From: Planctomycetota bacterium
GTDB taxonomy: Bacteria > Planctomycetota > Planctomycetia > Pirellulales > UBA1268
Reading direction: 5' to 3'
NCBI GenBank assembly: GCA_003671185.1
Contig: QWPN01000116.1
Coordinates: forward strand, 1 to 50,986
DNA: 50,986 nucleotides
The translations under genes were made by a program, and so were the position numbers. Position 1 is the first letter of the stretch. Every line of letters begins with the position of its first letter. The notes below the pieces were generated by a model. It worked only from the letters and a program-made list of their open reading frames with translations. It searched no databases and was not told the DNA's origin. This document shows, piece by piece, positions 39,875 through 50,305 of the stretch.

Positions 39875-41206
39875 ATGACCGCCCGCATCACGCAGACCGA
39901 CCTCGTGGTGGCGAATCTCGGCCCCTGCCGGATCGACTCACCGCTCAAGCCGCTGCTCGAGTCGCGGCGCACCAACGTCCACTACGTGGAGGAGGATGAC
40001 CGCGTCCTGTTTCCCGACACGTCGAGCCTGGTGGCGGCCAGCGGCGTCCGCGCCGAGGCACTGCCCGGCTTCGAGCCGGCCGGCCCGCGCAAGAACATCT
40101 TCTTCGACCCGAAGAAATTACGTGTCGGCGTCGTCACGTGTGGCGGCCTCTGCCCCGGCATCAACAACGTGATCCGCGGCCTCGTCATGGAACTCACCTT
40201 CCACTACGGCGTGACGCGGATCTATGGCTTCCGCAACGGCTACCAGGGCTTCATCCCTCGCTACGGTCACGACGTGGTCGATCTCACCCCCGCGGTCGTG
40301 AGCGGAATCGACGAGGATGGCGGCACGCTCCTGGGCACCTCACGCGGCGGACAGGACCCGCGCGAGATCGTCGACTGCCTGGAACGCATGAACATCAATG
40401 CGCTGTTCGTGATCGGTGGCGACGGCACGTTGCGTGGTGCCATGCAGATCGCGGCCACGGCCTCGGAAAGGGGCTCGATGATCGCCGTCGTCGGCATCCC
40501 CAAGACGATCGACAACGACATCCCCTACATCGACCAGAGCTTCGGCTTCCAGACGGCGTTCTCCGAGGCCACGAAGTCGATCCGTTCGGCGCACGTGGAA
40601 GCCAAGGCCTCGCCCAACGGCGTCGGGCTCGTGAAGCTGATGGGGCGGCATTCTGGCTTCATCGCCTGCTACGCATCGCTGGCCGAACCTGACGCCAACT
40701 ACGTGCTCATCCCAGAAGTGCCGTTCACCCTCGACGGACCCCGGGGGTTTCTCGAGCACCTGATCGACCGGGTGCGGCGCCGGGGCCACGCGGTGATCGT
40801 CGCGGCAGAAGGGGCGGGCCAGCACCTGATGACCGAAGCCGCCACGGGCGTCGACGCCTCGGGGAATCGGCGGCTCAACGACATCGGCCTGCATCTCAAG
40901 GAGCGGATTTCATCGCACTTCGCCGCGGCAGGGGTGGAGTTGAACCTCAAATACATCGATCCCAGCTACGCGATCCGCAGCGTCGAGGCCAACCCGTTCG
41001 ACAGCGTCTATTGCCTGCGGCTCGCCCAGAACGCGGTGCATGCGGCTCTCGCCGGCCGCACGGCCATGGTGGTGGGCCGCTGGCGGGGACGCTTCGTCCA
41101 CCTGCCCATGGCCCTGGCGGTCAGCCATCGCAACGAGGTCGAGCCCAGCGGTGATCTGTGGCTCTCCGTGCTCGAGGCCACCGGCCAGCCGCGGACGTTC
41201 GGCTGA
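39875..41206 (+). CDS. pfkA: 6-phosphofructokinase (clade X type, probably ATP-dependent)
   Basis: TCGGLCPG, GGDGT (Gly at the ATP/PPi-determining site), PKTIDND, MGRHSG, YIDPSY. Confidence 0.9.
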   Translation: MTARITQTDLVVANLGPCRIDSPLKPLLESRRTNVHYVEEDDRVLFPDTSSLVAASGVRAEALPGFEPAGPRKNIFFDPKKLRVGVVTCGGLCPGINNVIRGLVMELTFHYGVTRIYGFRNGYQGFIPRYGHDVVDLTPAVVSGIDEDGGTLLGTSRGGQDPREIVDCLERMNINALFVIGGDGTLRGAMQIAATASERGSMIAVVGIPKTIDNDIPYIDQSFGFQTAFSEATKSIRSAHVEAKASPNGVGLVKLMGRHSGFIACYASLAEPDANYVLIPEVPFTLDGPRGFLEHLIDRVRRRGHAVIVAAEGAGQHLMTEAATGVDASGNRRLNDIGLHLKERISSHFAAAGVELNLKYIDPSYAIRSVEANPFDSVYCLRLAQNAVHAALAGRTAMVVGRWRGRFVHLPMALAVSHRNEVEPSGDLWLSVLEATGQPRTFG

Positions 41207-41288
41207 CGCGGGCGCCCCTGCCGGCAGGGCTTCCCGCGCGGCATACTGTCCGTGCGATCCGCGTTCCGCGATCCGCCGGAGAAGGTCG

Positions 41289-41630
41289 ATGACAGAAGTC
41301 CCCTTGGAACTCTCGGCGACCGATGCTGCCCGTGTGCTCCGAGATGCGCCGCCGCCGGGCGTCCTCCTGCTCGACTGCCGCACGGCCGAGGAGCACGCTG
41401 CCGCACGGATCGCGGGGGCCGTGCTGGTTCCCATGCAGGATCTCCCTGATCGGCTCGCCGAACTGGAGCCGCATCGCAGCCAGGCGATCATCGTGCACTG
41501 CCATCACGGCATGCGCAGTCTGCGCGTGACCCGCTGGCTGCGCGAGCGGGGATTTGCCCGCGTCCAAAGTATGGCGGGGGGCATCGACGCCTGGAGCACC
41601 GACATCGACCCCGCGGTGCCGCGCTACTGA
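41289..41630 (+). CDS. Rhodanese-like domain protein
   Basis: LLDCR, CHHGMRS, GGIDAWS...DPAVPRY. Confidence 0.88.
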   Translation: MTEVPLELSATDAARVLRDAPPPGVLLLDCRTAEEHAAARIAGAVLVPMQDLPDRLAELEPHRSQAIIVHCHHGMRSLRVTRWLRERGFARVQSMAGGIDAWSTDIDPAVPRY

Positions 41631-41717
41631 TACTCATCGCACTCGATCCTCAGGTGCGATCCGAGGGGACGATTCCGACGCGTGAGCGCGATGCCTGCAC
41701 GCCCACGAGCTGGGAGC

Positions 41718-42617
41718 GTGATCCACGATCAGGATGTGCAGGGACTGAAGTACCTGCCGAGGATTCGTCCGTTACTGTCGCGGCTCCGCAAGGCGGGCGC
41801 CGAACGAGACAGGGCCGGCAATCGCCGGCAATTCATGGATCAATACTGCGCACTGATCCTGATGTCGTTGTTCGGCCCGGCTATCGAGAGCCTACGCGAC
41901 CTGCAGCGGGCCTGCCTCGACAAGGTCCGCATGCGGCTTGGCGTCACCCGGGCTTCTGTGGGCTCCCTCGCTGAATCGGTGGCGATTCTCATCCGACGGC
42001 GCTCAAGGAGATCGAGGGGGACCGCCGCTTCATCCTCGATCGCGGCTCCATCAGCTACCGGCTCTGGAGCGCGTGAATGCCCCAGGGAGCAGTTGCGTCT
42101 ACAGGGCTTCAGACAGGACCGCAGCTCCGGTCAGGCACACCAACGAGCTGTCAGAAGCCGATCGTGCTGCCAACGTGATCAGCGACGAGATCGTCGACCT
42201 GGGCTGGAAGTCTCGGCACCGCATACTCCCCGACCATCCGATGCGGCTCATTCGTGTTACCGACAAGCCGCACGCTGGCTGCCGGAACATGCACGGGCCG
42301 ACGTGCGACGGGGTACGCCGACTGGTCGCGAATCGACTTGCCATGCCGGCCGAAGTCATCGTGGAAATGAACCGGCTGCGGTGGATCGTCGAGCTGTTCT
42401 TCCGCACGTTCAAGCAACTCCTCGGGTACGGGCACCTGTTCTCCGACAAGCACAACGGAATGCAGATCACGGCCTCCTACGCCATGATCGTCTGCATGCT
42501 GATCCTGATCTCCACGGGCGAGATGCCGAACGAGGCGATGGAGCAGTTGGTCTGGTCCACCTCATTGGCCTCGCCAGCCTCAAAGCGTTCGCGGCGTTCA
42601 TCAAACCACGAAGGTAG
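41718..42617 (+). pseudogene. IS4 family transposase remnant (frameshifts, internal deletions)
   Basis: QGLKY...RDRAGNR..MDQYC...ASVGSLAES in one frame; degenerate YREK region RLRWIVELFFRTFKQLLG in another; the pieces together are much shorter than an intact IS4 transposase. Limits approximate. Confidence 0.75.
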
Positions 42618-42714
42618 CCCTCGCCGGCGAAGCCACGGCCTGATCTGCGCGCGGTTCGCCGCTGCGCAGTGGAGGGGTGAACTCAGCGAGGGGCTGCCCA
42701 TCCCCTCGAGACGG

Positions 42715-42887
42715 CGTGATACGGATCACACGTGAAACTCGTGCGTACGGGTTTCCTGACCATCGACTGTGCGAGGGGTCGCCCGTGCCAGTCGAGCGGC
42801 GTGGGAAACCGAGCGCAGCCAGGAAGGCGAAGCGAGGTTTGCCCCGAGTGAGCGCAGGGCAGGAAGCCCGCAGCGAGCGTCCGGCGA
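42715..42887. repeat. Truncated second copy of the 28948-29171 MITE-like element
   Basis: Aligns with 28948-29118 at high identity; lacks the right TIR. Confidence 0.85.
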
Positions 42888-43009
42888 CAGGGCATTGGTG
42901 GCTCCGATCATTTCCAGTCGGCGTGATCGGCAAGATTCCCGAATTGCCAGACCATTCCGCCCAGGCACGCGATGCGCATCGCGGAGCCGCATCAGCCGGT
43001 CGCGGCGGC

Positions 43010-44278
43010 TCAGGTCCGCCGGCTCGTCACGTCGCGCTCATAGTGCCGCACCACGTCGAGCCAGGCGTCACCCACCGGCACGCCCTGCACCTGGCAGTGC
43101 CAGTCCCAGACGGCGCCGAAGGGCAGGCTCCGGGCCTCCTCCTGCAGGGCGAGCCGGGCCGTGAAGTCACCCTCGCGCTCCGCGAGGAGGATGCCCGGCG
43201 GCTCAAGCAGCGCCACCAGCAGCGCCCGTAGCATGTTTCGCGTGCCGATCGCCCAGGCAGCCACCCGGTTGATGCTGGCGTCGAAATAATCGAGCCCCAC
43301 GTGGACCCGCGCCGGGTTCCCCACCGCCACGATCTCCCGGGCGATCGCCAGCAGATCGTCGTTGAAGGTCACCACGTGATCACTGTCCCAGCGCACTCCG
43401 CGGCTCACGTGGAGGAGGATCTCCGGCAGCCAGAGGAGCACCGCCGAGATCTTGTCGGCGATCGACTCCGTGGGATGAAAGTGCCCCGCGTCCAGGCAGA
43501 GCAACGTGCGGCGGCTGATGCAGTACCCGAGGTAGAACTCCGCCGACCCCACCGTGCATGACTCGCTGCCGATACCGAACAGTTTGGGCTCCACGGCGTC
43601 GAGGACGTGCTCCGGCGGCAAGCTTTCCTGGAACACGTCGTCGAGCGACTCGGCCAGCCGCTGCCGCGGCCCGCACCGGTCGGCGGGCGTGTCCTTGAAG
43701 CCGTCCGGCACCCACACGTTCGTCACGCACGGCGTGCCCAGGGCGCGTCCGAACGCGGCCCCGATGCGGCGGGCCCGGCGGCAATGTTCGATCCAGAACC
43801 GACGCACCGCCGCATCGGCGTGCGACAACGTGAAACCGTCGGCGGCATGGGGATGGGCGAAGCAGGTGGGGTTGAAATCGAGGCCCACGCCCCGCTCCCG
43901 GGCCCAGGCGATCCAGGCGGCAAAGTGCTCCGGCTCGATGGCGTCGCGGTCGACCGTCCGGCCCCCGAACTCGCCGTAGAAGGCGTGCAGATTGAGCCGG
44001 TGCCGCCCCGGGATCACGGCCAGCGCCGCGTCGATGTCGGACCGCAGCTCGTCTGGCGTGCGCGCCCGGCCCGGGTAGTTTCCCGTCACGGCCAGCCCGC
44101 CCCCCAGGGCCCCCCCGGCCTGCTCGAAGCCCACCACGTCGTCGCCCTGCCAGCAGTGCAGCGAGACCGGGAAATCCGCCAGCGTGGCCAGGGCCCGCTC
44201 GGTGTCGACCCCCAGCGCGGCATAGCGCTCGCGGGCCAACCGGTAGGCGGCATCGACCTGGTTGGCACCTGTGTTCAT
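43010..44278 (-). CDS. rhaA: L-rhamnose isomerase
   Basis: [49 protein letters not shown]. Confidence 0.95.
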   Translation of the reverse strand: MNTGANQVDAAYRLARERYAALGVDTERALATLADFPVSLHCWQGDDVVGFEQAGGALGGGLAVTGNYPGRARTPDELRSDIDAALAVIPGRHRLNLHAFYGEFGGRTVDRDAIEPEHFAAWIAWARERGVGLDFNPTCFAHPHAADGFTLSHADAAVRRFWIEHCRRARRIGAAFGRALGTPCVTNVWVPDGFKDTPADRCGPRQRLAESLDDVFQESLPPEHVLDAVEPKLFGIGSESCTVGSAEFYLGYCISRRTLLCLDAGHFHPTESIADKISAVLLWLPEILLHVSRGVRWDSDHVVTFNDDLLAIAREIVAVGNPARVHVGLDYFDASINRVAAWAIGTRNMLRALLVALLEPPGILLAEREGDFTARLALQEEARSLPFGAVWDWHCQVQGVPVGDAWLDVVRHYERDVTSRRT

Positions 44279-44293
44279 ACCCGGGATGTGCCC

Positions 44294-44848
44294 TTACAGC
44301 TCGCCCTTCACGGCCAGCTCGTGGAAGTAGTGCCCCACCTTCTTCTGGTTCTTGAGCAGCCAGTCGATCGAGGGTTCATTCCGCATCGCCTTGCCGATCG
44401 CCTTGGCCGTGGCCTCGCGGTGGGTGCGGAACAGCACCTCGTGGTCAATCTTCGTCTTGGGGTCGGCCGCAGCCGGGTCGAGCCACACGGCCACGATGAT
44501 GCCGATGTCGTTGACCTTCGACTTGGGAATGTCGCCCGCTCGCACCGCATCCAGCACCCCGTTGGCGATCGCCGCCTGCACGGTGCCCATGAGAATGTTC
44601 GTGTAGCGGGCATTGGGCGCCGTGTACTTGCTGACCATCAGCGTGGCCGGCCGCACCTGAACGTCGCTGTTGAGAATCGCCCACACGCGACTGTGCCCCT
44701 TCACCTGGTCGCCGATCAGGTTGGCGATGGCGTGGCCCACCGGGCCGTCGAGTTCACCGATCACCACCTCCGGCTCGGCCGCGCTCCAGGCCTCGTCGGC
44801 CTCCACCAGCGCCTCGCCCGTCCGCATCACGATCCGCTTGCCCGCCAT
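44294..44848 (-). CDS. fae: Formaldehyde-activating enzyme family protein (divergent Fae2/3-like)
   Basis: GEALV, VRPATLMVSK, GTVQAAIANGVLDAVRAGDIP, EATAKAI, EPSIDWLL. Confidence 0.85.
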   Translation of the reverse strand: MAGKRIVMRTGEALVEADEAWSAAEPEVVIGELDGPVGHAIANLIGDQVKGHSRVWAILNSDVQVRPATLMVSKYTAPNARYTNILMGTVQAAIANGVLDAVRAGDIPKSKVNDIGIIVAVWLDPAAADPKTKIDHEVLFRTHREATAKAIGKAMRNEPSIDWLLKNQKKVGHYFHELAVKGEL

Positions 44849-44991
44849 CGCTCGCCGTCCTTTCCTGCTGGAGCCTCGTGGAGCCGCCGCGTCGATACGA
44901 CGCAGGGGGAATTGTGCCGCCGCCGCCCAGAAACCACAAACCGGCCCATCTGCCGCCACAGGACCTCCATGCACCCCGTGAGCGCTCCGCT

Positions 44992-45822
44992 TCAGCGGGG
45001 ATCCGGGAGGCGGGCCAGGACGCGCAGCGGGCCGCCGCTGCCGCCGGCGATCTTCATGGGCAGCGCCGCCACGAAGGCCCCCTGCTCCGGCAGCCGGTGC
45101 AGGTCGGCGAGGTTCTCGAAGATCGGCACGTTCCCCTTGCACAACGCCACATGGGCGCCGAACAGCGTCGAAGGACCGTGGTCGATGCTCGCCGTATCGA
45201 TGCCGACCGCACGCACCCGCCGATGGTCGACGAGCCACTGCGCCGCCTGCGGCGACAGGCCGGGAAACCTGAGCAACGCGACGGCGTCGGGCCCCAGCGC
45301 CGCCGTGCCCAGGTAGGCCGTGCGATCAGACCACTTCTGCGACCAGCCCGTGCGCACGAGCACGATCACATCGACGAGCTGCCGGCCATGCCGCCGCTCC
45401 CAGGCCACAAGATCGTCGGTCGTGACTTCGTAGGCAGGATCGGCCGCGCACGCATCGGCCACGTCGATGACCGCCGCCTCGCCCACCAGACGGCCGGGCT
45501 CGATCTGGTCGGCCGTGTGTCGCCCTGCGGCGAAGTGCCGCGGCGCATCAAGATGCGTGCCGCCGTGCTCGGCGGTGGCGAAACGGTTGGCGGCGTAGTA
45601 GTAGCCCTTGGCAGTTGGACCGTTTTTGCCCTCCTCGAACTGAAAGCCCCGTTCCGTCGGCCAGTAGATGGTGGACTCGTCGAAGGCATGGGTGAGGTCG
45701 ATCCATGCGCCGGCGGCGAACCGGTCGACGAGCCGCTCCAGCGGCGCTGCGGACGGCGTGCAGCCCACGGCGGCGGCGCACACCGCCAACGTGGCGGGCC
45801 ACGACCGCCGGACGGAGTTCAC
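44992..45822 (-). CDS. Cyclase family (kynurenine formamidase-like) metallo-hydrolase, probable lipoprotein
   Basis: EHGGTHLDAPRHF, GIDTASID, ENL, GSGGPLR; lipobox AVGC. Confidence 0.88.
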   Translation of the reverse strand: MNSVRRSWPATLAVCAAAVGCTPSAAPLERLVDRFAAGAWIDLTHAFDESTIYWPTERGFQFEEGKNGPTAKGYYYAANRFATAEHGGTHLDAPRHFAAGRHTADQIEPGRLVGEAAVIDVADACAADPAYEVTTDDLVAWERRHGRQLVDVIVLVRTGWSQKWSDRTAYLGTAALGPDAVALLRFPGLSPQAAQWLVDHRRVRAVGIDTASIDHGPSTLFGAHVALCKGNVPIFENLADLHRLPEQGAFVAALPMKIAGGSGGPLRVLARLPDPR

Positions 45823-47084
45823 GGCGCGGCCCCGCTCTGCCCCGCGGCAGGTGCTGTGCCCGCCTTGTCGCCCTCGCCCGCCTTCTCACCCTTGGCGTCC
45901 TTGCCTCCCGCGGCATCCTTGTCGTTCACGCGCACCAGCAGCAACTGCTCCACCTTGCCCCCGTCCCGATGCACGAGAATCGTCGTCTGCTGCTGCGTCA
46001 GGTTGCTGAGGCCCGTCTCGTAGACCGGTTCTTTCTTGCCGCCCACGGTCCAGGCGGCACGCTGCGTCTTCTTGTCGACCTTGCCCGTGACGTTCATGGT
46101 CGAGTCGGAAACGGCGTCGTAGTAGGTACCGCGGAGCAGGCCGGCCTTGTCGATCGCCAGGCTCACGAAGGTGCTGGGGTTCGTCTCCTCCGAGCGGGCC
46201 AGCGCGAACACGCCCAGCGGCCGCCACTGGTCGTCGTCGGCCACCTTGGCGTCGGCGCCACCTTGGGCCGCGATGGCCGATGCCTGCTGGGCATACTCCT
46301 CCGCGGAGCCCACCCGACTGCCGAGAACGTACACGCCGTCATCCTGGTAGCAGACGTTCGTGCCGTAGTTGTATGTCACGGGAGCCGCGCCGTAGCCGCC
46401 CCAGCCAGCCAGATCGGCCCATGCCAGACCGGCCAGCATGCCCCAACCCCAGCCACCCCACCAGCCACCTGGCCACCAGCGGTCGAAGTGGGCCGCGTAC
46501 CAGCCGCGGCCGCCATACCAACCGCCCCGGTAGAAGTTGTTGCGGATCGCTGCGCCGCGGTCGGCCAGGCCCCTCGTGGTGTAAGGATGCACCGCGTCGC
46601 GCGCCAGTCCGTCGCGGCCCGGGCCCACGCCGGCGATCCGTTGGAAGTCGGCCCGCGACAGGTTGCCCGCGCCCGCAAAGTGGCCGGCCGCGAAAGCGCC
46701 GCCGTCGAGGGCACCACCGCCGTCCAGCCGGCCGGCTCCGTCGACTCGCCCATCGAGACCACGAGCACCATCGAGACCACGAGCACCATCGAGACCACGA
46801 GCACCATCGAGACCACGACCGCCATCGAGACCACGAGCACCATCGAGACCACGACCGCCATCGAGACCACGACCGCCATCGAAGCCACGACCGCCATCAA
46901 AGCCGCCCATGTGCATCCCACCACCACCGCCCATGTGCATGCCGCCCCCACCGTGCCCACCACCGCCACCGCCGTGCGCGACCGCCGGCAGAGGCAGGGC
47001 CACGTGGGCCGTCGCCGCGAATGCCGCGAGCACGACCCCGATGCGATTCACCCTCTGCTTCCGCGATCTGGCGTTTGCACGCAT
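45819..47084 (-). CDS. Exported Gly-rich repeat protein with Trp/Tyr-rich segment and C-terminal globular domain
   Basis: AGGAGG RBS, signal peptide, G(L/F)DG(A/G)R repeats, WWPGGWWGGWGW, WRPLGVFAL domain. Confidence 0.75.
   Translation of the reverse strand: MRANARSRKQRVNRIGVVLAAFAATAHVALPLPAVAHGGGGGGHGGGGMHMGGGGGMHMGGFDGGRGFDGGRGLDGGRGLDGARGLDGGRGLDGARGLDGARGLDGARGLDGRVDGAGRLDGGGALDGGAFAAGHFAGAGNLSRADFQRIAGVGPGRDGLARDAVHPYTTRGLADRGAAIRNNFYRGGWYGGRGWYAAHFDRWWPGGWWGGWGWGMLAGLAWADLAGWGGYGAAPVTYNYGTNVCYQDDGVYVLGSRVGSAEEYAQQASAIAAQGGADAKVADDDQWRPLGVFALARSEETNPSTFVSLAIDKAGLLRGTYYDAVSDSTMNVTGKVDKKTQRAAWTVGGKKEPVYETGLSNLTQQQTTILVHRDGGKVEQLLLVRVNDKDAAGGKDAKGEKAGEGDKAGTAPAAGQSGAAP
46750..46904. repeat. 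18-bp coding tandem repeat, ~8.6 units
   Basis: CCATCGAGACCACGA(GCA/CCG) repeated with no spacers. Confidence 0.95.
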
Positions 47085-47168
47085 CGTCCGTCCTCCTGGC
47101 TCGTGATCGTGATCAGTCTTCGGCCGTGGTCTGGCAACCGGGACGATCCGGCCACTCCACCCCGCCCG

Positions 47169-48101
47169 TCAATGGACCTTTCGCAGGTGCACGGGATCGC
47201 CATCCGGCAGCGGCACGCCGTCGATCGACCGCTCGATCGCGTGCATCGTGCAGTGGTTGTCCCCGCCCGGCACGATCACCTGCACCCAGCGCGACGACCG
47301 GCCCGACACGCTGTCAGACGGCGTTCCCACCATGCTGCGGTTGATCGTCGAGCCGTCGGCCTCCAACACGCCCTCGGCCCGGGCGCCCGTGGAGTCGAAC
47401 ACCCAGCAGCGCACAACCCCGCTGTCGCGGTCGGCGTGGATCACCTCCACGGCCTCTAGCGCCGGCCCCACCTTGGGCTTGATCTTGGTGCGGCCCAGGA
47501 TGCAGTAGCCACCCACGGTCTTCTCGTAGATCGCTTCCACCGCGGGGCCATCCGCTCCCTCCGACCGCCACGTGCCCAGCATCCAGTCGAGCTCGTCGAG
47601 CGCAGCGGCGTGGGCAGGCGCTACGAGCGACTCGGCCAGCCGCCACGTGCCCTCCTCCAAAACCCGTAGACTGGAAAACCGCGACTCGATCGGCTTCTCG
47701 CCGGGACGGCGCGTGAACCGCATCACTCCTGCCACCCGTGCCAGAGGCTCGGCGAGCACGTCGACGTCGGCGACTACGATCTGCAACGCGGCCTCCGGAT
47801 GCCGCTCCCGCCAGGCACGGATCGACGCCATGATCGCGTCCCGGCCCGCCAGTCGCGAACCGCCCTCGATCAATTCGGCCCCCGCCGACCACTGATCGGC
47901 CAGCGCCTTGAAGTCCTTCTTGTTGTAGGCGTCCGCGTAGGCGGCGGAAGCCTTGCGCACCTGATCGACGACGGCATCATCCGCGGCGACAGGAGCCCGA
48001 GTGAGCGTCACGAGGGCCGCCAAGGCGACGACCGCGCGGGCAACGCAGCGCAGCTGGCGGCGGAAACAGATCGGAAGATTGACCTGGATAGCCATGGGCA
48101 T
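47169..48101 (-). CDS. Exported NTF2-like (SnoaL/DUF4440/YybH) domain protein
   Basis: Signal peptide; YADAYNKKDFKALADQW, GRDAI, GTWRL; second domain LDWMLGTW...WVFDSTG. Confidence 0.7.
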   Translation of the reverse strand: MPMAIQVNLPICFRRQLRCVARAVVALAALVTLTRAPVAADDAVVDQVRKASAAYADAYNKKDFKALADQWSAGAELIEGGSRLAGRDAIMASIRAWRERHPEAALQIVVADVDVLAEPLARVAGVMRFTRRPGEKPIESRFSSLRVLEEGTWRLAESLVAPAHAAALDELDWMLGTWRSEGADGPAVEAIYEKTVGGYCILGRTKIKPKVGPALEAVEVIHADRDSGVVRCWVFDSTGARAEGVLEADGSTINRSMVGTPSDSVSGRSSRWVQVIVPGGDNHCTMHAIERSIDGVPLPDGDPVHLRKVH

Positions 48102-48232
48102 GTTCCTCTGCGAATCGACCCCGCCATCGGCGCCGCGGCCCGCCCGCCACTGCCGTCTGCGACAGCATACGGCACCGCCGCCGGACTTGCATCATCCTCA
48201 CCGGGCGATGCGATCGTCCACCCCGGCCGGCG

Positions 48233-49495
48233 TCACGGCGTTGCGTCGAGGGCCAGGATTCGGTCGACCGTGCGGAACACCATCCGGCCGCCTGCCACGG
48301 CCGGCGTGGCCCGGCACTCCGCTCCCAGCGGCGTCCGGCCCAGCACCTCGAAGACATCGCCGGCCGCGATCACCACCACCTCACCGTCGGCCGACACGTT
48401 GCGGATCGTGCCACCTACGGCGATCGGCGACGCCGAGAACGTGCCGCCCACGCGGCCCCGCCAGATCACCCGGCCCGTCGTCGGGTCGACGCAGGTCACC
48501 ACGCCGCGATCACCCCACAGGTAGAGGCGGTCGTCGACGTGCAGCGGCGTGGGCACGTAGGGGGCCACGCTGCGATCGAGTGCGAACGCCACCGCAGGCT
48601 CGATTCGTGGCTGGACCGCATTGCCCGCGCCTCCCGGCAACCGCAGGGCTACGAGCGTGTTGTCGCCGCCGCCGTCGCCGCAGGTGGCCACCACCAGCGG
48701 ACCGGCACGCACCGGGGACGACACGGCCCGCTTTGGCAGACAACGCCGCTCCCAAAGCACGCGCCCGTCACGGGGATCGACGCCGGTCAGGCCGTGCGCA
48801 GCGCTCGCCAGGATCACCTGCACGCTTCCTTCCACCTCGATGACGAGCGGCGTGGCGTAGCACGTCTTGCCGCTGTCGCGCCGCAACCGCCAGCGTTCGC
48901 GGCCCGTCGCCGTTTCCAGGGCCACGACCGCGCTCTGCCCATCCTGGTCATCCGGCACGATGAGCAGGTCGCCGCACACGGCCGGCGTGGCCCCGAAGCC
49001 GTGCTCGCCGGCATACGGCCCCAATTCGGCACGCCACCGTCCGGTGCCGTCGTGGGCTACGGCCTCGACGCGCAGACCATCGCTCACCGCCCACATCCAA
49101 TACACTCCCGAGTCGTCCACGGCCACCGATCCCGAGGCCGAACTGTTCTGGGCGTGATGCCGCTCGATCGGACCCGCGATCTCCCGATTCCAGGCCAGTC
49201 GCCCGTCGGCCAGACGGTGACAACTCACGAACCGCTTACCCGCCCCCTCGTCGGCGGAAGCCGTGAAGATCCGGCCCTGCCAGATCACCGGCGAGGCGTG
49301 CCCCCGGCCGGGCAGCGTTGCGGTCCACGCCCAATCGCGCTCGGTCCAGTACCGCGGAAACGCCCGCCCGCCCCCGTTGCCTGCGCCATCGCGGCCGCGC
49401 CACCGAGGCCACGGCTCCGCCTCGGCCGCGCCAGCCCGGCTGGAGACAACGCAACACAGCGCGACGAGCACAACGGCGAAGATACGCGGCGACAT
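48233..49495 (-). CDS. PQQ-binding-like beta-propeller (BamB-like) exported protein
   Basis: WPRWRG, GHASPV, repeated TG..W / SPV blades. Confidence 0.85.
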   Translation of the reverse strand: MSPRIFAVVLVALCCVVSSRAGAAEAEPWPRWRGRDGAGNGGGRAFPRYWTERDWAWTATLPGRGHASPVIWQGRIFTASADEGAGKRFVSCHRLADGRLAWNREIAGPIERHHAQNSSASGSVAVDDSGVYWMWAVSDGLRVEAVAHDGTGRWRAELGPYAGEHGFGATPAVCGDLLIVPDDQDGQSAVVALETATGRERWRLRRDSGKTCYATPLVIEVEGSVQVILASAAHGLTGVDPRDGRVLWERRCLPKRAVSSPVRAGPLVVATCGDGGGDNTLVALRLPGGAGNAVQPRIEPAVAFALDRSVAPYVPTPLHVDDRLYLWGDRGVVTCVDPTTGRVIWRGRVGGTFSASPIAVGGTIRNVSADGEVVVIAAGDVFEVLGRTPLGAECRATPAVAGGRMVFRTVDRILALDATP

Positions 49496-49746
49496 GGATT
49501 CGTTGTCTCGCGGGAAACGCTGTCCATCGTACCCCACGCGCTCACACGAGCCGAACACCGCTGCCGGCACGCCGCAGCACCCGCCGGCCAGCGCCCACTC
49601 GCCCGAGGGGTTCCGTGGCTGCGCTCCGTGCGGCTCGTGCGGAATCTGCCAAAGCCGCCGCCGTCGGGCCCTGGGGCAACGATTTTCGCGTCGCTCTGCC
49701 GATCTCAAACGAGCGTGGCGTCGTAGCAAGGAGTCATCACCACACC

Positions 49747-49980
49747 ATGCGCACCATCATGTACGCCGCCGTCACGACGGCTGGGCTGTTCGGCGCCGCG
49801 CTCGCCGAGGCCGCCAATTTCGATCCGCGTGTCATCACCTTTGGCGAAGCCCGCCAGGAAATTCAAAGCACGCCGGTTCTGCAGCGGCCCAACAGGCCTT
49901 TGCACATCTACGGCAACGCGGCCCGGCGTCGTCACCAACGCGGCGCCTCGGCCGGCCCCTCGGCCCGCACGCAGCGCTAG
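49747..49980 (+). CDS. Small secreted hypothetical protein
   Basis: AAGGAG upstream, signal peptide ending AEA, RPNRPLHIYGN motif. Confidence 0.6.
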   Translation: MRTIMYAAVTTAGLFGAALAEAANFDPRVITFGEARQEIQSTPVLQRPNRPLHIYGNAARRRHQRGASAGPSARTQR

Positions 49981-50102
49981 CTGTCCTTGGAAAAAGTCAT
50001 CCTTGACCTTGTTCCACTTGGCCCAGCGGTGGAACGCCGAGGGTTTCCACGGTCGGCTCTCATCGCATCCTGCTCCGGCAGACTTGTTCCACAGTCTGCT
50101 AG
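49977..50102. mobile_element. CTAG-bounded ~126 bp miniature element
   Basis: CTAGCTGTCCTTGGAAAAAGTC...GACTTGTTCCACAGTCTGCTAG; CTAG on both sides. Confidence 0.8.
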
Positions 50103-50305
50103 AACCCGCTTGAACACGTCTGGCTGCCGGCGTGTCGCGCGGTCGTGCAAACACGAACCCGGCGCTGGAAAACTGGCTGGGCTGCGCACCGTTTCAGCCC
50201 CAAAACCCCCGTTGCCCCGGCCGACGCATTCTGCGAACGTCCCGCCACGGCAGCCAGAGGACCGCTGCCGTTGATCCGTCACTCTTTCGCAAGGGGATGT
50301 CGCAG

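Noticed and set aside
41207-41240. GC hairpin after pfk as an intrinsic terminator
   Set aside because: Imperfect stem and no U-tract; insufficient support.
46750-46904. Regular short repeats, possible CRISPR
   Set aside because: Head-to-tail 18-mers without spacers, in frame within a CDS; no cas genes.
46376-46969. ORFs with VVSM, IETT or RDHEHH repeats
   Set aside because: Alternative frames of the 18-bp array; the Gly-rich frame has the RBS, signal peptide and downstream domain.
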